Of a DNA stretch of 64,000 nt, positions 12,561-23,549 are shown in pieces. The DNA is taken from the NCBI RefSeq assembly GCF_963921235.1, contig NC_086101.1, positions 31,682,001 to 31,746,000 of the forward strand, read 5' to 3'. Numbering within the stretch: the stretch's first letter is position 1; each line of letters opens with the position of its first letter. The notes under the pieces are model-generated. The model made no database searches. It had not been told where the DNA came from and saw only the letters and a program-made list of their open reading frames with translations. Position numbers and translations under genes: made by a program. This stretch comes from Mobula hypostoma (taxonomy: Eukaryota).

Positions 12561-15500
12561 CCCACCAATGAAGATTCACTGGTCTAATTCTTAGCGTTGT
12601 ACTTACAGCCATCAGAGTCAGAAAAACACAGTTCTGAAGTTGGCTCTTCAGCCCAAGTAGTCCATGCCAGGCCATTTAAACTGCCTACTCCCATCAAACT
12701 GCACTAGGACCACAGCCCTCCATACCCTTACCATCTATGTACCTATCCAAACCCCCCTTAAACATTGAAATAGAGCTCACATGGACCACATGTACTGGCA
12801 GCTCATTCCACACTCTCCAAAGCTTCTGAGTGAAGTTTCCCCATCATGTCCCCCTTAAACCTCTCACCTTTCACCCTTAAGCCATGACTTCTGGTTGTAG
12901 TACCACTCAACCTCAGTGGAAAAGCCTGCTTGCCACTGACTTCAATTCTTTTACATCTTTTACATCTGTACTTACTCAGGAGATGGACATAGTCTATAGA
13001 AGTGAAACAAAGCAGCATCAACTTCAGGGCCCCTATACAGATTACAGAGAAGGTGTTTGAAGTAGTTTAGGGATATAAACCCCATCTATACCCCTTAATT
13101 TTGTATACCTCTTTCAATCTTCTAGTTCTAAAAAAGTCTAAACTATTCAATCTTTGCTAATGACTCAAGCCCCCCCAGTCTCAGTAACATCCTTGTATGT
13201 TTTCTCTGTACTCTTTCAACCTTATTTACATATTTCCTCTAGGTAGGTGACCAAAACTGTACAGAATATTCAAATGTCTTGTACAACTTCAACCTAACAT
13301 CCCATCTTCTGTACTCAAAACTCATTCATGAAGGCCAATGAGTCAAAAGCATTCTTTACAACCCTATGTACATGTGACACCACCTTCAATGAATTATGGA
13401 TCTGTATTCCTCTGTTCTACCATTCAGTGTAATCCTTTTGTGGTTGGTCCCACTGAAGTGCAATACCTCACACTCACCTGCATTAAATTCCTTTCTTTTT
13501 AAATCTTTTTATTGAGTAAGTATACAAAAAAGGTAAGCCATATAAACATTAATACAATGTTAAAGTATAATAAAATTCCAAAAGATAACAATACCAAAAA
13601 GAAAATACTACAAACAATGTAATTTAAGCATAAGAAACCAAGATAACATAATAGTATACTAGATTTTATATATATCAATGGAAAAAAAAAGAAAAAAAAA
13701 CCCCCAAAAAAAACCCACCGTGCAACTAACTAAAAGCAAAGCAAAGCAATGGGCTAACTTGAAACCAAACAGAGTTAAACTTAAAATCACGTCCTCAATC
13801 CCGACCTCCATTAAAACAGTGAAGAAAAAACAAGAAGGGTAAATATTACATTAAATGAAAATATCGAATAAAAGGTCCCCAAATCTGTTCAAATTTAAAT
13901 GAAGAATCATAAAGGTTACTTCTAATTTTCTCCAGATTCAAACATAAAATCGTCTGAGAAAACCAAAAAAAGGTAGTTGGAGCATTAAGCTCTTTCCAAT
14001 GTTGTAAAATACATCTTTTCGCCATTAAAGTAAGAAATGCAATCATTCTACGGGCTGAAGGGGAAAGATTACTAGAAATTTTAGGTAGTCCAAAGATAGC
14101 AGTAATAGGGTGAGGAGAGATATCTATATTTAATACCTTAGAAATAATATTGAAAATATCTCTCCAAAAAGTTTCCAAAGTAGGGCAAGACCAAAACATA
14201 TGAGTTAAAGAGGCTATCTGCCCCGAACATCTATCACAGAAAGGATTAATATGCGAGTAAAAACGCGCTAACTTATCTTTGGACATATGTGCTCTATGAA
14301 CCACTTTAAATTGAATTAGGGAATGTTTAGCACAAATAGAGGAAGTATTAACTAATTGTAAAATCTGCCCCCAATCATCCACAGAAATGGTAAGCCCCAA
14401 TTCCTGTTCCCAATCTACCCTAATCTTATCAAATGGAGCTTTCCTAAGTTTCATAATAATATTATAAATCATAGCCGATGCACCTTTCTGACATGGATTA
14501 AGGTTAATTATCGAATCTAAAATATATATAGGAGGAAGCATTGGAAAGGAAGAAAGTATAGTACTTAGGAAATTTCTAACTTGTAAATATCTAAAAAAAT
14601 GTATTCTTGATAAGTTATATTTATTAGATAATTGTTCAAAAGACATAAGGGAACCATCTAAAAATAAATCCAAAAACCGTAAAATACCCTTAGTCTTCCA
14701 AGTTTGAAAAGCGCGATCCGTAAAAGAGGGAGGAAAAAATATGTTACCTAAAATAGGAATCGCTAACCCGAATTGATTAAGATCAAAAAATTTTCTGAAT
14801 TGAAACCAAATGCGCAAAGCATATTTAACTATCGGGTTAGAGACCTGCTTAAGACGTTTCGAATCAAAAGGAAGAGAGGAACCTAAAATAGAACCAAGTG
14901 TATAACCCTGAACAGATTGTAATTCCAATGCTACCCATTTAGGAATAGATAGTATGTCCCGGTCAAGTAACCAAAATTTCATATGTCGAATATTAATAGC
15001 CCAATAATAAAATCTAAAGTTAGGTAATGCTAAACCTCCATCTCTCTTAGCTTTCTGTAAATGTATTTTACCCAGTCTCGGATTCTTATTCTGCCAAATA
15101 AATGAAGAAATTTTAGATACTTCCATTACAATGGATGAGATTAAGAATGTTATTTTTTCTATGAATCTGGGGAAAGCTCCTGGCCCTGATGGGTTTACCG
15201 TTGAATTTTATAAATGTTTTGCTTCTTTATTGATTCCTTGGCTCTATAAGGTTTTTGAGGCTTCTTTGAAACTTGGTAAACTTCCGGAATCTTTTAATAG
15301 AGCATCAATTTCTTTAATACTAAAGAAGGATAAAGACCCTGCTCAATGTGCATCTTATAGACCAATATCTTTATTAAATGTTGATTCTAAAGTTTTTTCT
15401 AAGTTATTAGCAAATAGACTAGAAAAAGTACTTCCTTCTATTATTTCGGAAGACCAAACGGGTTTTATTAAAGGTCGTTACTCTTTTTATAATATTCGTA

Positions 15501-17250
15501 CATTGTTAAATATCGTTTATACTCCCTCACAAAATGTTCCTGAGTGTGTTATTTCTTTAGCCGAGAAAGCTTTTGATAGAGTAGAATGGCCTTATTTATT
15601 TAAGGTGCTTGAAATGTTTAATTTTAGCTTGAAATTTATATCCTGGATTAAACTGTTATATCACTCCCCTGTAGCCTCGGTTCGTACTAACTCCTTAAAC
15701 TCACCTTTTTTTCCTCTCTTTCGTGGTACTCGACAAGGCTGTCCTCTTAGTCCCCTATTATTTGATATTGCATTAGAACCTCTTGCAATTGCTATTCGAG
15801 AATCTTCAAATATTACTGGGATAACTCGGGGATTAAAGTCCCATAAATTATCACTCTATGCTGATGATTTACTTTTATATATTTCTAATCCTGAGAGATC
15901 CATTCCTGCTGTTTTAGAGTTATTAGCACAATTTGGTCTTTTCTCAGGTTATAAATTAAATCTTAGTAAGAGTGAACTTTTTCCGATTAATAAACATCTT
16001 CCCTTATATTATAAATTTCCATTTAAATTGATTAATAATTACTTTTCATATCTTGGGATTAAAATTACTTGTAAACATAAAGATTTATTTAAGACTAACT
16101 TTTTACCATTAATAGACCATATTACTCAACTTTCATCTAAATGGTTTCCCTTATATTTAACTTTGATTGGTCGTATTAATGCAGTTAAGATGTTTTTTTT
16201 GCCAAAATTTTTATATGTGTTTCAGGCATTACCAATTTTCGTTCCTAAATCTTTTTTTGATAAAGTTGACCTGCATTAAATTCCATGTGCTATTTTTCAG
16301 TCCATTTGCCAATCTGGTCCACATCCTATTGAGAGCCATGATAGTCTTCCTTCCTGTCCACTGCACTCCCAATCCAGTTAAGCACACTGTCATCCAGATC
16401 GGTGATATGGATGGCAAATAATAACAGACCCACCACCAATCCCTACAACAGGCCTCCAGTCAAAGAGGCAACCATTTCCTACCACTCTGTCTTCTCCCAT
16501 CCTACCTCATCTTGAATGCTGTGCAAAAGAATTTTCTTGAAGAGCCTCCCATGCAGGACCTTGTCAAATGCCTTGCTAAAGTCTGTGTATACAAAACCTA
16601 CTGCCTTACCAACAACTTTCAATCAAGCCATGCCAACTTTCCTTAATGTCTATCCAAATACTTGTATTTCCTGTCCCTCAGAATGTCTTACCATAACTTT
16701 CCCACTACTGACATCAGAATCTCCGGTCTTATAGTTTCCAGATTTATTTTTTTTAAAAAAGCCTTCTTGAACAGCAGAATAACACTGGCTATCTTCCAAT
16801 ATGTTAGTACCTCAGCTGTCGCCAACGATGATTTAAATATCTCTGCTGAGCCCCAGCCATTTCTTGCCTTTCCCAGGATCCAAAGGAATACCTTGTCAGA
16901 CCCTGGGGGATTTGTCTATCCCAATTTGCCTCAGGACAGCAAACACCTTCTCTGTAATCTGTATAGGGGCCATGAAGTTGCTGCCACTTTGCTTCACTTC
17001 CATAGACTATGTCTATCTCCTGAGTAAATACAGATGTAAAAAAAGTCACCCCTTTTGGCTCCACACATGGATTCTGAATTCCCAGAGGACCAATTTTGCC
17101 CCTCACAATCCTTTTGCTCTTGATATCTGTAGAATCCCTCAAGGTTCTCCTCTACCTTGTCTGCCATAACAACCTTGTGCCTTCTTTTAGCCTTCCTGAT
17201 TTCCGTCTTAAATATTCTCTGGCTTGAACAGAATAAAATTTTGTCACCCT
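12560..17250 (-). mobile_element. CR1 fragments hosting the inverted L1
   Basis: CR1 3'-type sequence at 12560-13491 continues at 16269 onward (cacctgcattaaattcc|atgtgc); further EN-RT linker pieces to about 17250. Confidence 0.65.
13492..16268 (-). mobile_element. L1/Tx1-clade LINE with 5' inversion and 16-bp TSD
   Basis: Minus ORF 13846-15126 is the ORF2 C-terminus (CDRC..HMFWSC zf-RVT) followed by 3' UTR and A-rich tail; plus ORF 15131-16279 is the RT (GKAPGPDGF, GTRQGCPLSP, LYADD); ACCTGCATTAAATTCC at 13476-13491 and 16269-16284. Confidence 0.9.
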
Positions 17251-17911
17251 CCAATCATCTGATGCCACACCTCTGGGCAGTGACAACACAGATAATTGCC
17301 AAATAATCTCATCCCTTAGTAAGAAGGGGTATATCTTGTCCAGCCCCAGACACTTAACTATCCTAACGTTTTACAAAAGTTCCAGCACATCCTCCTTCAA
17401 GCATACCAGCCTGTTTTACACTGCCCTTAAACATCAAGGTACCCCTCACTGGTCAATACTGAAACAAAGTCAGTCATTTTCTATGACCAATCCAATTTTG
17501 AATCTAATCTACCAATGATGGACATTGTGTGCCTTACTTAACCTTTTCAATCAGCCTACAAGTTGCCTCAGTCTTTACTGTAGACAACACACTACAATCA
17601 TCTCCACTTCCACAAAAGCCAAGGTTTGCAAGACATATTCAACAAGTTTGTGTACATGTGGTCTTGTGATCACAATACAAGGTAACAACCCACCTGCCTC
17701 ATCTATGATCACCATCTGGGTGGGTGTCACCTCATTTCCCCAAAGACACCACAAATTAAGTAATCTCCGTCGGTTTATTTTCACTTATGCACAATAAATA
17801 ACATTGCTATTTTTGACTAATTACCATACCCACACAGCAACATGCACGCAAGGCACCCAGATACCCATGCATTTAACTTCCCCTTTTGGAAATTGTCCCT
17901 GTATTACAAAC

Positions 17912-18002
17912 AACAGGAATTCTGCAGATGCTGGAAATTCAAGCAACACACATCAAAGTTGCTGGTGAACGCAGCAGGCCAGGCAGCAGCTATGGGTCTC
18001 GG
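17912..18002 (-). mobile_element. 91-bp Penelope pLTR fragment with 14-bp TSD
   Basis: Matches the pLTR at 4324-4380; CCTGTATTACAAAC at 17898-17911 and 18003-18016. Confidence 0.7.
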
Positions 18003-18011
18003 CCTGTATTA

Positions 18012-20325
18012 CAAACCCCATTTCCAGAAAAGTTGGGATATTTTCCAAAATGCAATAAAAACAAAAATCTGTGATATGTTAATTCACGTGAACCTTTATT
18101 TAACTGACAAAAGTACAAAGAAAAGATTTTCCTTTTTTTTTAAATTTTATTTTTATTTGGATAAGGAATTCACAATTATCATGTACTTTTTTCACACATA
18201 TAACCTTTTCCATTTTTTTATATGTATAAAACTACAATTATTTATACATTCTTAAGTACACATTGAGATGATATAAAAGGAAAATAAACATTTAAATAGA
18301 TAATTATGTATTGTGGTAAATCTAACCTATTAGGCTAAGTAATGAAATTAGTTGTTAAGAAAAATGGTAATAATAGTTTCCATACAACCCTTCTGGACCA
18401 TTTCCACTGGTCCAAAATGTTGCATACAAGCCCATATACCAACCATTGTAGGTGTTTATATCCCAATTTGTTCGTGCTTGTTCCCGCCCGCAGACATAAT
18501 TACTTATGTACTTATTTACTTAATTTTTTCATTTTTTTTTATACCACCTACATTAGAAGATTGGTACGAAATTATCTTGGAAATATTTAAAATGGAAAAG
18601 TTGACTTACTCCCTGAGAACTCAAAAAGAAACATTTTATCAAATCTGGAATAAATGGATTGAATATATAACCCCAATGCGAGCAGACTTTAGATGACTCT
18701 CCTAATGATTTATATTGCTCCTCTCATCAACACAGTAATATTGCTAACGTAAGCACCCCTAGTCTAAATGTTTGTTTTTTTTTGGAAAATAGAGAATTAA
18801 CACAAGTAAAGGGAAAGATTTGGGAAAGGGATAAAAAAAGAAAAGATTTTCAATAGTTTTACTGACCAACTTAATTGTATTTTGTAAACATATACAAATT
18901 TAGAATTTGATGGCTGCAACACACTCAACAAAAGTTGGGACAGAGGCATGTTTACCATTGTGTTACATCACCTTTCTTTTAATAACACTTTTTAATCATT
19001 TTGGAACTGAGGATACTAATTGTAGTAGATTTGCAATTGGAAATTTTGTCCATTCTTGCTTGATATAAGACTTCAGCTGCTCAACAGTCCGTGGTCTCCG
19101 TTGTCTGATTCTCTTCATGATGCGCCATACATTTTCAATTGGAGATCTGGACTGGCAGTAGGCAAATCAAGCACATGCACTCTGTGTCTACAAAGCTATG
19201 CTGTTGTAGCCCGTGCAGAATGTTGTCTGGCATTGTCCTGCTGAAATAAGCATGGACGTCCCAGGAAGAGACGTCACCTTGATGGCAACATATGTCTCTC
19301 TAAAATCCTAATATACACCTCAGAGTCAATGGTACCGTCACATACATGCAACTCACCCATGCTGTGGGCACTGATGCACCCCCATACCATCACAGATGCT
19401 GGCTTTTGCACCTTTCGCTGATAACAATCTGGATGGCCATTTTCATCTTTGGCACAGAGAACTCGACGCCCGTTTTTTCCAAAAACTAGCTGAAATGTGG
19501 ACTCATCTGACCACGGCACATGGTTCCAGTGTCTTTCGGTCCACCTGAGATGAGCTCAGGCCCAGAGAACTCGCCGGCGTTTCTGCATTGAGTTGATGTA
19601 TGGTTTCCTCCTTGTGTGATACAGTTTCAAGTTGCATTTCTGGATGAAGCGACGGACTGTGTTGAGTGACAATGGTTTTCCGAAGTACTCCCGAGTCCAG
19701 GTGGTTATAATTGTCGCAGTAGCATGATGGTTTCTTAGGCAGTGCCGCCTGAGGGCTCGAAGATCACGCACATTCAATAGTAGTTTCCAACATTGCCCTT
19801 TATGCACTGAGATGTCTCTGAATTCTCTGAATCTTCACAATATTATGTACTGTAGATATTGAAAGACCTAAATTCTCTGTAATCTTGCGTTGAGAAATGT
19901 TCCTTTTGAACTGATTAACAATTCTCTCATGAATTTTGGCACAAAGGGGTGAGCCATGACCCATCCTTGCTTGCAAAGACTGAGCCTTTGATAGACGCTA
20001 CTTTTATACCCAGTCATGATACCTCACCTGTTACCAATTAGCCTGTTTAATGTGGAGTCTTCCAAACCAGTGTTACTTGAATATTCTGTGCACTTTTCAA
20101 TTTTATTTTAACTCTGTCCCAACTTTTGTTGAGTGTGTTGCAGCCATCAAATTCCAAATTTGTGTATGTTTACAAAATACAATTAAGTTGGTCAGTAAAA
20201 CTATTGAAAATCTTTTCTTTGTACTTTCGTCAGTTAAATAAAGGTTCACGTGAATTAACATATCACAGATTTTTGTTTTGATTACATTTTGGAAAACATC
20301 CCAACTTTTCTGGAAATGGGGTTTG
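18012..20325 (-). mobile_element. Tc1/mariner DNA transposon (long TIRs), transposase decayed
   Basis: TIR CAAACCCCATTTCCAGAAAAGTTGGGA at both ends with TA flanks (18010-18011, 20326-20327); ORFs with WSDESTF, VMVWGCIS and an HTH region; QQDNAR near 19230. Confidence 0.92.
18132..18836 (-). mobile_element. Short L1-clade insertion with 5' inversion inside the Tc1 left TIR
   Basis: AATAAA plus polyA on the minus strand at the left end; plus-strand ORF2 C-terminus IPPTLEDW..WNKWIEYITPMRADFR* from 18541; AAAGAAAAGATTTTC at 18117-18131 and 18837-18851. Confidence 0.8.
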
Positions 20326-20978
20326 TAGAACAGCAAATAGAATCCCACTCATGACAGAGAAAATAGAAGTACTGACCCACTGCTCTGAAAATTTCCAGAA
20401 TTTGAAAGAATAAGTAGTGTTATCTACAATATTCTCAGAAGGGTCAAGGCAGATTGCAGGCTAAGGAGTCTAGAAGCAGGAGACCAGTCTTAATCTAATG
20501 CTGTTCTAGTCTAAAATAAACTAGAGCGTGGGTGAGACATTGGAATTCTCTTCAGAGGACCGTCGCGGCTCAGTCAGAACAGGAATATATTTTATAAGTA
20601 GAGCCAAATGTCGTACTCAGTGCATTGTTTGCTGTCTTTCCTCATACAGCCCAGATATGTTTTGCCCAATTTCACGGTGGAAGAACCAGGACTGCTGGAG
20701 AACCCCGAGACCTGGTAGGACATGATGAGCAGGGCGGCGAGATAGGACCGTTCACAGGGAGACTCAAGAAACTGGATTTTGGAGCAAAAAGTGCCGAGGG
20801 GTTGTCAACGTGCAGCGTCGCGGCCCGAAATGTTGACAATGCTTTGCTTCTACGCTTACTATCAGACCCATTCAGTACCTCAGCTATATCTGTTTCCTAC
20901 AGAGGCGACAGGCATCCCTGAGTAAGGACAATTCCAGAGCGACGATATGCTCCAGTACTTACCGACCCCGGCATTCCG

Positions 20979-21039
20979 GAGGATGAGGATGAGGATGAGG
21001 AGAGGAGAGGAGAGGAGAGGAGAAGAGAGGAGAGGAGAG
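20979..21039. repeat. (GAGGAT)n followed by (GAGGA)n microsatellite
   Basis: Read directly from the sequence. Confidence 0.9.
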
Positions 21040-21044
21040 CCGTG

Positions 21045-21150
21045 CCAATCACAACTGGGCACAGAGCAGCCAATCACAGCCGACGTGAGGGAAACCAATC
21101 ACAGTCAGGCAAAGAAAAACCAATCACAGACGGCCAGAGGGAAACCAAAT
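21045..21150. promoter_or_regulatory. Array of CCAAT boxes with 25-bp period (candidate NF-Y promoter)
   Basis: CCAATCACA at 21045, 21070, 21095 and 21120, degenerate CCAAAT at 21145; CpG-rich neighbourhood. Confidence 0.5.
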
Positions 21151-21350
21151 TCCAGTATTTGCAGATTTTGATTGAAATTCTAGCATCTGCAGATTGCTGC
21201 GTTCACTAGCAACTTTTATGTGTGTTGCTTGAAATTCCAGCATCTGCAGTTTTACCTCTTCCTAGAGATGCTGCCTGGCCTGCTGCATTCACCAGCAACT
21301 TTTATGTGTGTTGCTTGAATTTCCAGTATCTGCAGAATTCCTTGTGTTTG
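21150..21350 (+). mobile_element. Tandem partial Penelope pLTR fragments
   Basis: Repeated agatgctgcctggcctgctg..cagcaacttttatgtgtgttgcttgaa, the reverse complement of 4324-4380. Confidence 0.7.
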
Positions 21351-23546
21351 CGAAAGAAATGAATATTCATTTTTACTCCTGCTGAAGCAGATATGCTAAC
21401 CAAATTAACTTACTTCACAAACTAAAGGAAGTAGCCTACTTAGGCCTACCATGGACTGCCAGGTATGGATGCTATTTTTTGTATTTCTGTCCTCTACTTG
21501 CCATCTCCAGGAGTTTTCTGTTGGCCGGGAGGTTTTTGTACATTTCTGAGAAGTTGTTACATACTTGGAGCTCTGCTTTGACCGAGTCCACTTGCAGACG
21601 GTTTCTCTCGTTTCTCCAAGCTGAGGTCATCATTGAAAAAACTCGTTCTGTGTGAGCATTGCTGCATGGAATAGAGAAGATATAAGCACTCATCTTCTTC
21701 AGGTTTGTAAAAGAGACCTCAGATTTACTGAACAGCTTGAGATAACGTTCTTCACTATGGCTATCTACCATCTCAGGAGTATTGATAATTGCCTCCACAA
21801 TCCCATACTCTTCGTATAAATCATCCATATCAATATCTTGAAGGTTACAGGCCTTGACTGCATCACAGAATTCTCCAAATACCTTTTGGCACTTGTTAGG
21901 CTCAATTTTGACACTTTGTTATGATAGCTGTTTTCAGAGAAGTCATACCTGTCACTTAAGTACTTTATGACTCTCTCATAGAAAACAATGAAGTCTGCTT
22001 CACATTTCTTAGACACATCAGGGGTAAGCTGGCTAAGCTTGGTGTTCACTGCAAAGCCAAGAAAACAGCCCTTTACTCTTCTGTCAAGTTTGCTGTATGG
22101 CTTGGCTTCTAGTGCTTCAATAGTGTCTGAGAACAATTTAAGAGTGTGACTGAGGAAGAAGAAATAGATCTCTGACAATTCACAGGCATTTCCTTCATCT
22201 CCAAAGCACTTCCACAGTATCTTGGGGCAATCCTCCTCACCTAGACTCTGAAAATAACTTTTTAGGACTTCCCAGCACTTACGTATTCTGTCAATAGATG
22301 GCAAAAGAGAGAGCCATCTAGTCACAACATGCTGTAACAGATTACAATTATCAACATCCACGAATTCAGAGAATTCCTTTAACTGTGCTGTTCTTTTAGC
22401 TGAGATGTGAAATGGTTGTTTACTTTGAGTAAAATATTTTCAACATCAACTTCCAGTTTTCCTGTAGCAAATCTCATTGCATTGTACAAAATATGGGCCA
22501 GACAACTTGCAGCAAAATGTTCTTTTGAGCCATTTTCAGTTTTCGATAAACACTGTTGTGTTTCCCATAGTTTACACTTGCATTGTTAGCGGTGTATACA
22601 GACACTTTATTCAGATCCAGACCTGGCATCTCTAGTTTAACCAGTAGCTGATTTGTTATGTCCTGTAATGATTCATTGTTAGCCCTGTAAAAGTCAAGTA
22701 ACACATGTTACACTCCCTTCTCAAAATGAAAGTATCTCAGAAGTATTGGGAAACACTTTGTTGCACCTTTGTTTGAAGCATCAGTTGCTACTGAAAAGGG
22801 CAAGCCATGATCTTTGATAGACTCCACATGCTTTTGTACAGAATACAGTGCTAGAATATTTTCACACAGAGCTTTTGCTTTAGTTTTCCCACGTTACACC
22901 TTTCACTATCAATGAGTCACTGTATATTTCTTTGTCAACTTTTACTCCACAATCAACACTTCTGTGTGACTGATGATGCTTCACAGCATGATACACTTTA
23001 CAAGTTCTGCAGCCAAGATTTTGTCATCTTGAGTAGATCGAGCTGGGGAGAAAGATGATAACAGTGATGACGTACCAGCAATATAAGTGTTAACTTTACA
23101 TTCATCTGTGGTAGCGAGTCGTTCAACCGCACTGTCTCCCTTACTGCCAATCTCCACATCACAACGGCATAGTGTACAAAAAACATGAAAGTTACCTTTT
23201 CTGCTTTTAGCAATAAATCCAAATTCTTTGGCCCATTCATTGTCAAATATAGTCTTTCTTTCTGGCATTTCTTTAGGGGCTTGAAACAAGAACAAAAAAG
23301 TCAACCACTTTCCACTGAGGCCTTGGGCAGACTGACCCGCTCGGACGTGCTGACATGACTCGTACATATAATAAAAATACGCTAACGGTTGTTATAGCTT
23401 TCAGTTCCCACTGTTTTAAGTATACCTGAGGTAATTATATAAGTTTTTTAGTCAGACCCAAAAAAGGAGGACAAATTAACGTCTGGCTCGAGGTGATGCC
23501 AGACAGAGGACAGAGTGTTCAAAACCCGGACTGTCCGGCCTCCCTA
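21350..23546 (-). mobile_element. hAT DNA transposon remnant (Blackjack-like end), 3' end missing
   Basis: BED-finger-like WAKEF..FCTLC, HVVTRWLS, and dimerisation domain SIPCSNAHTERVFS; terminus reads TAGGGAGGCCGGACAGTCC on the minus strand from 23546. Confidence 0.85.
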
Positions 23547-23549
23547 GGA

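Noticed and set aside
18352-18696. 114-aa ORF as a host gene
   Set aside because: A chimeric frame across the L1 inversion junction; only the part from 18541 is L1 ORF2.
20800-20845. Hairpin ttgtcaac...gttgacaa containing ggcccGAAATGTT, resembling a hammerhead
   Set aside because: There is no CUGANGA box.
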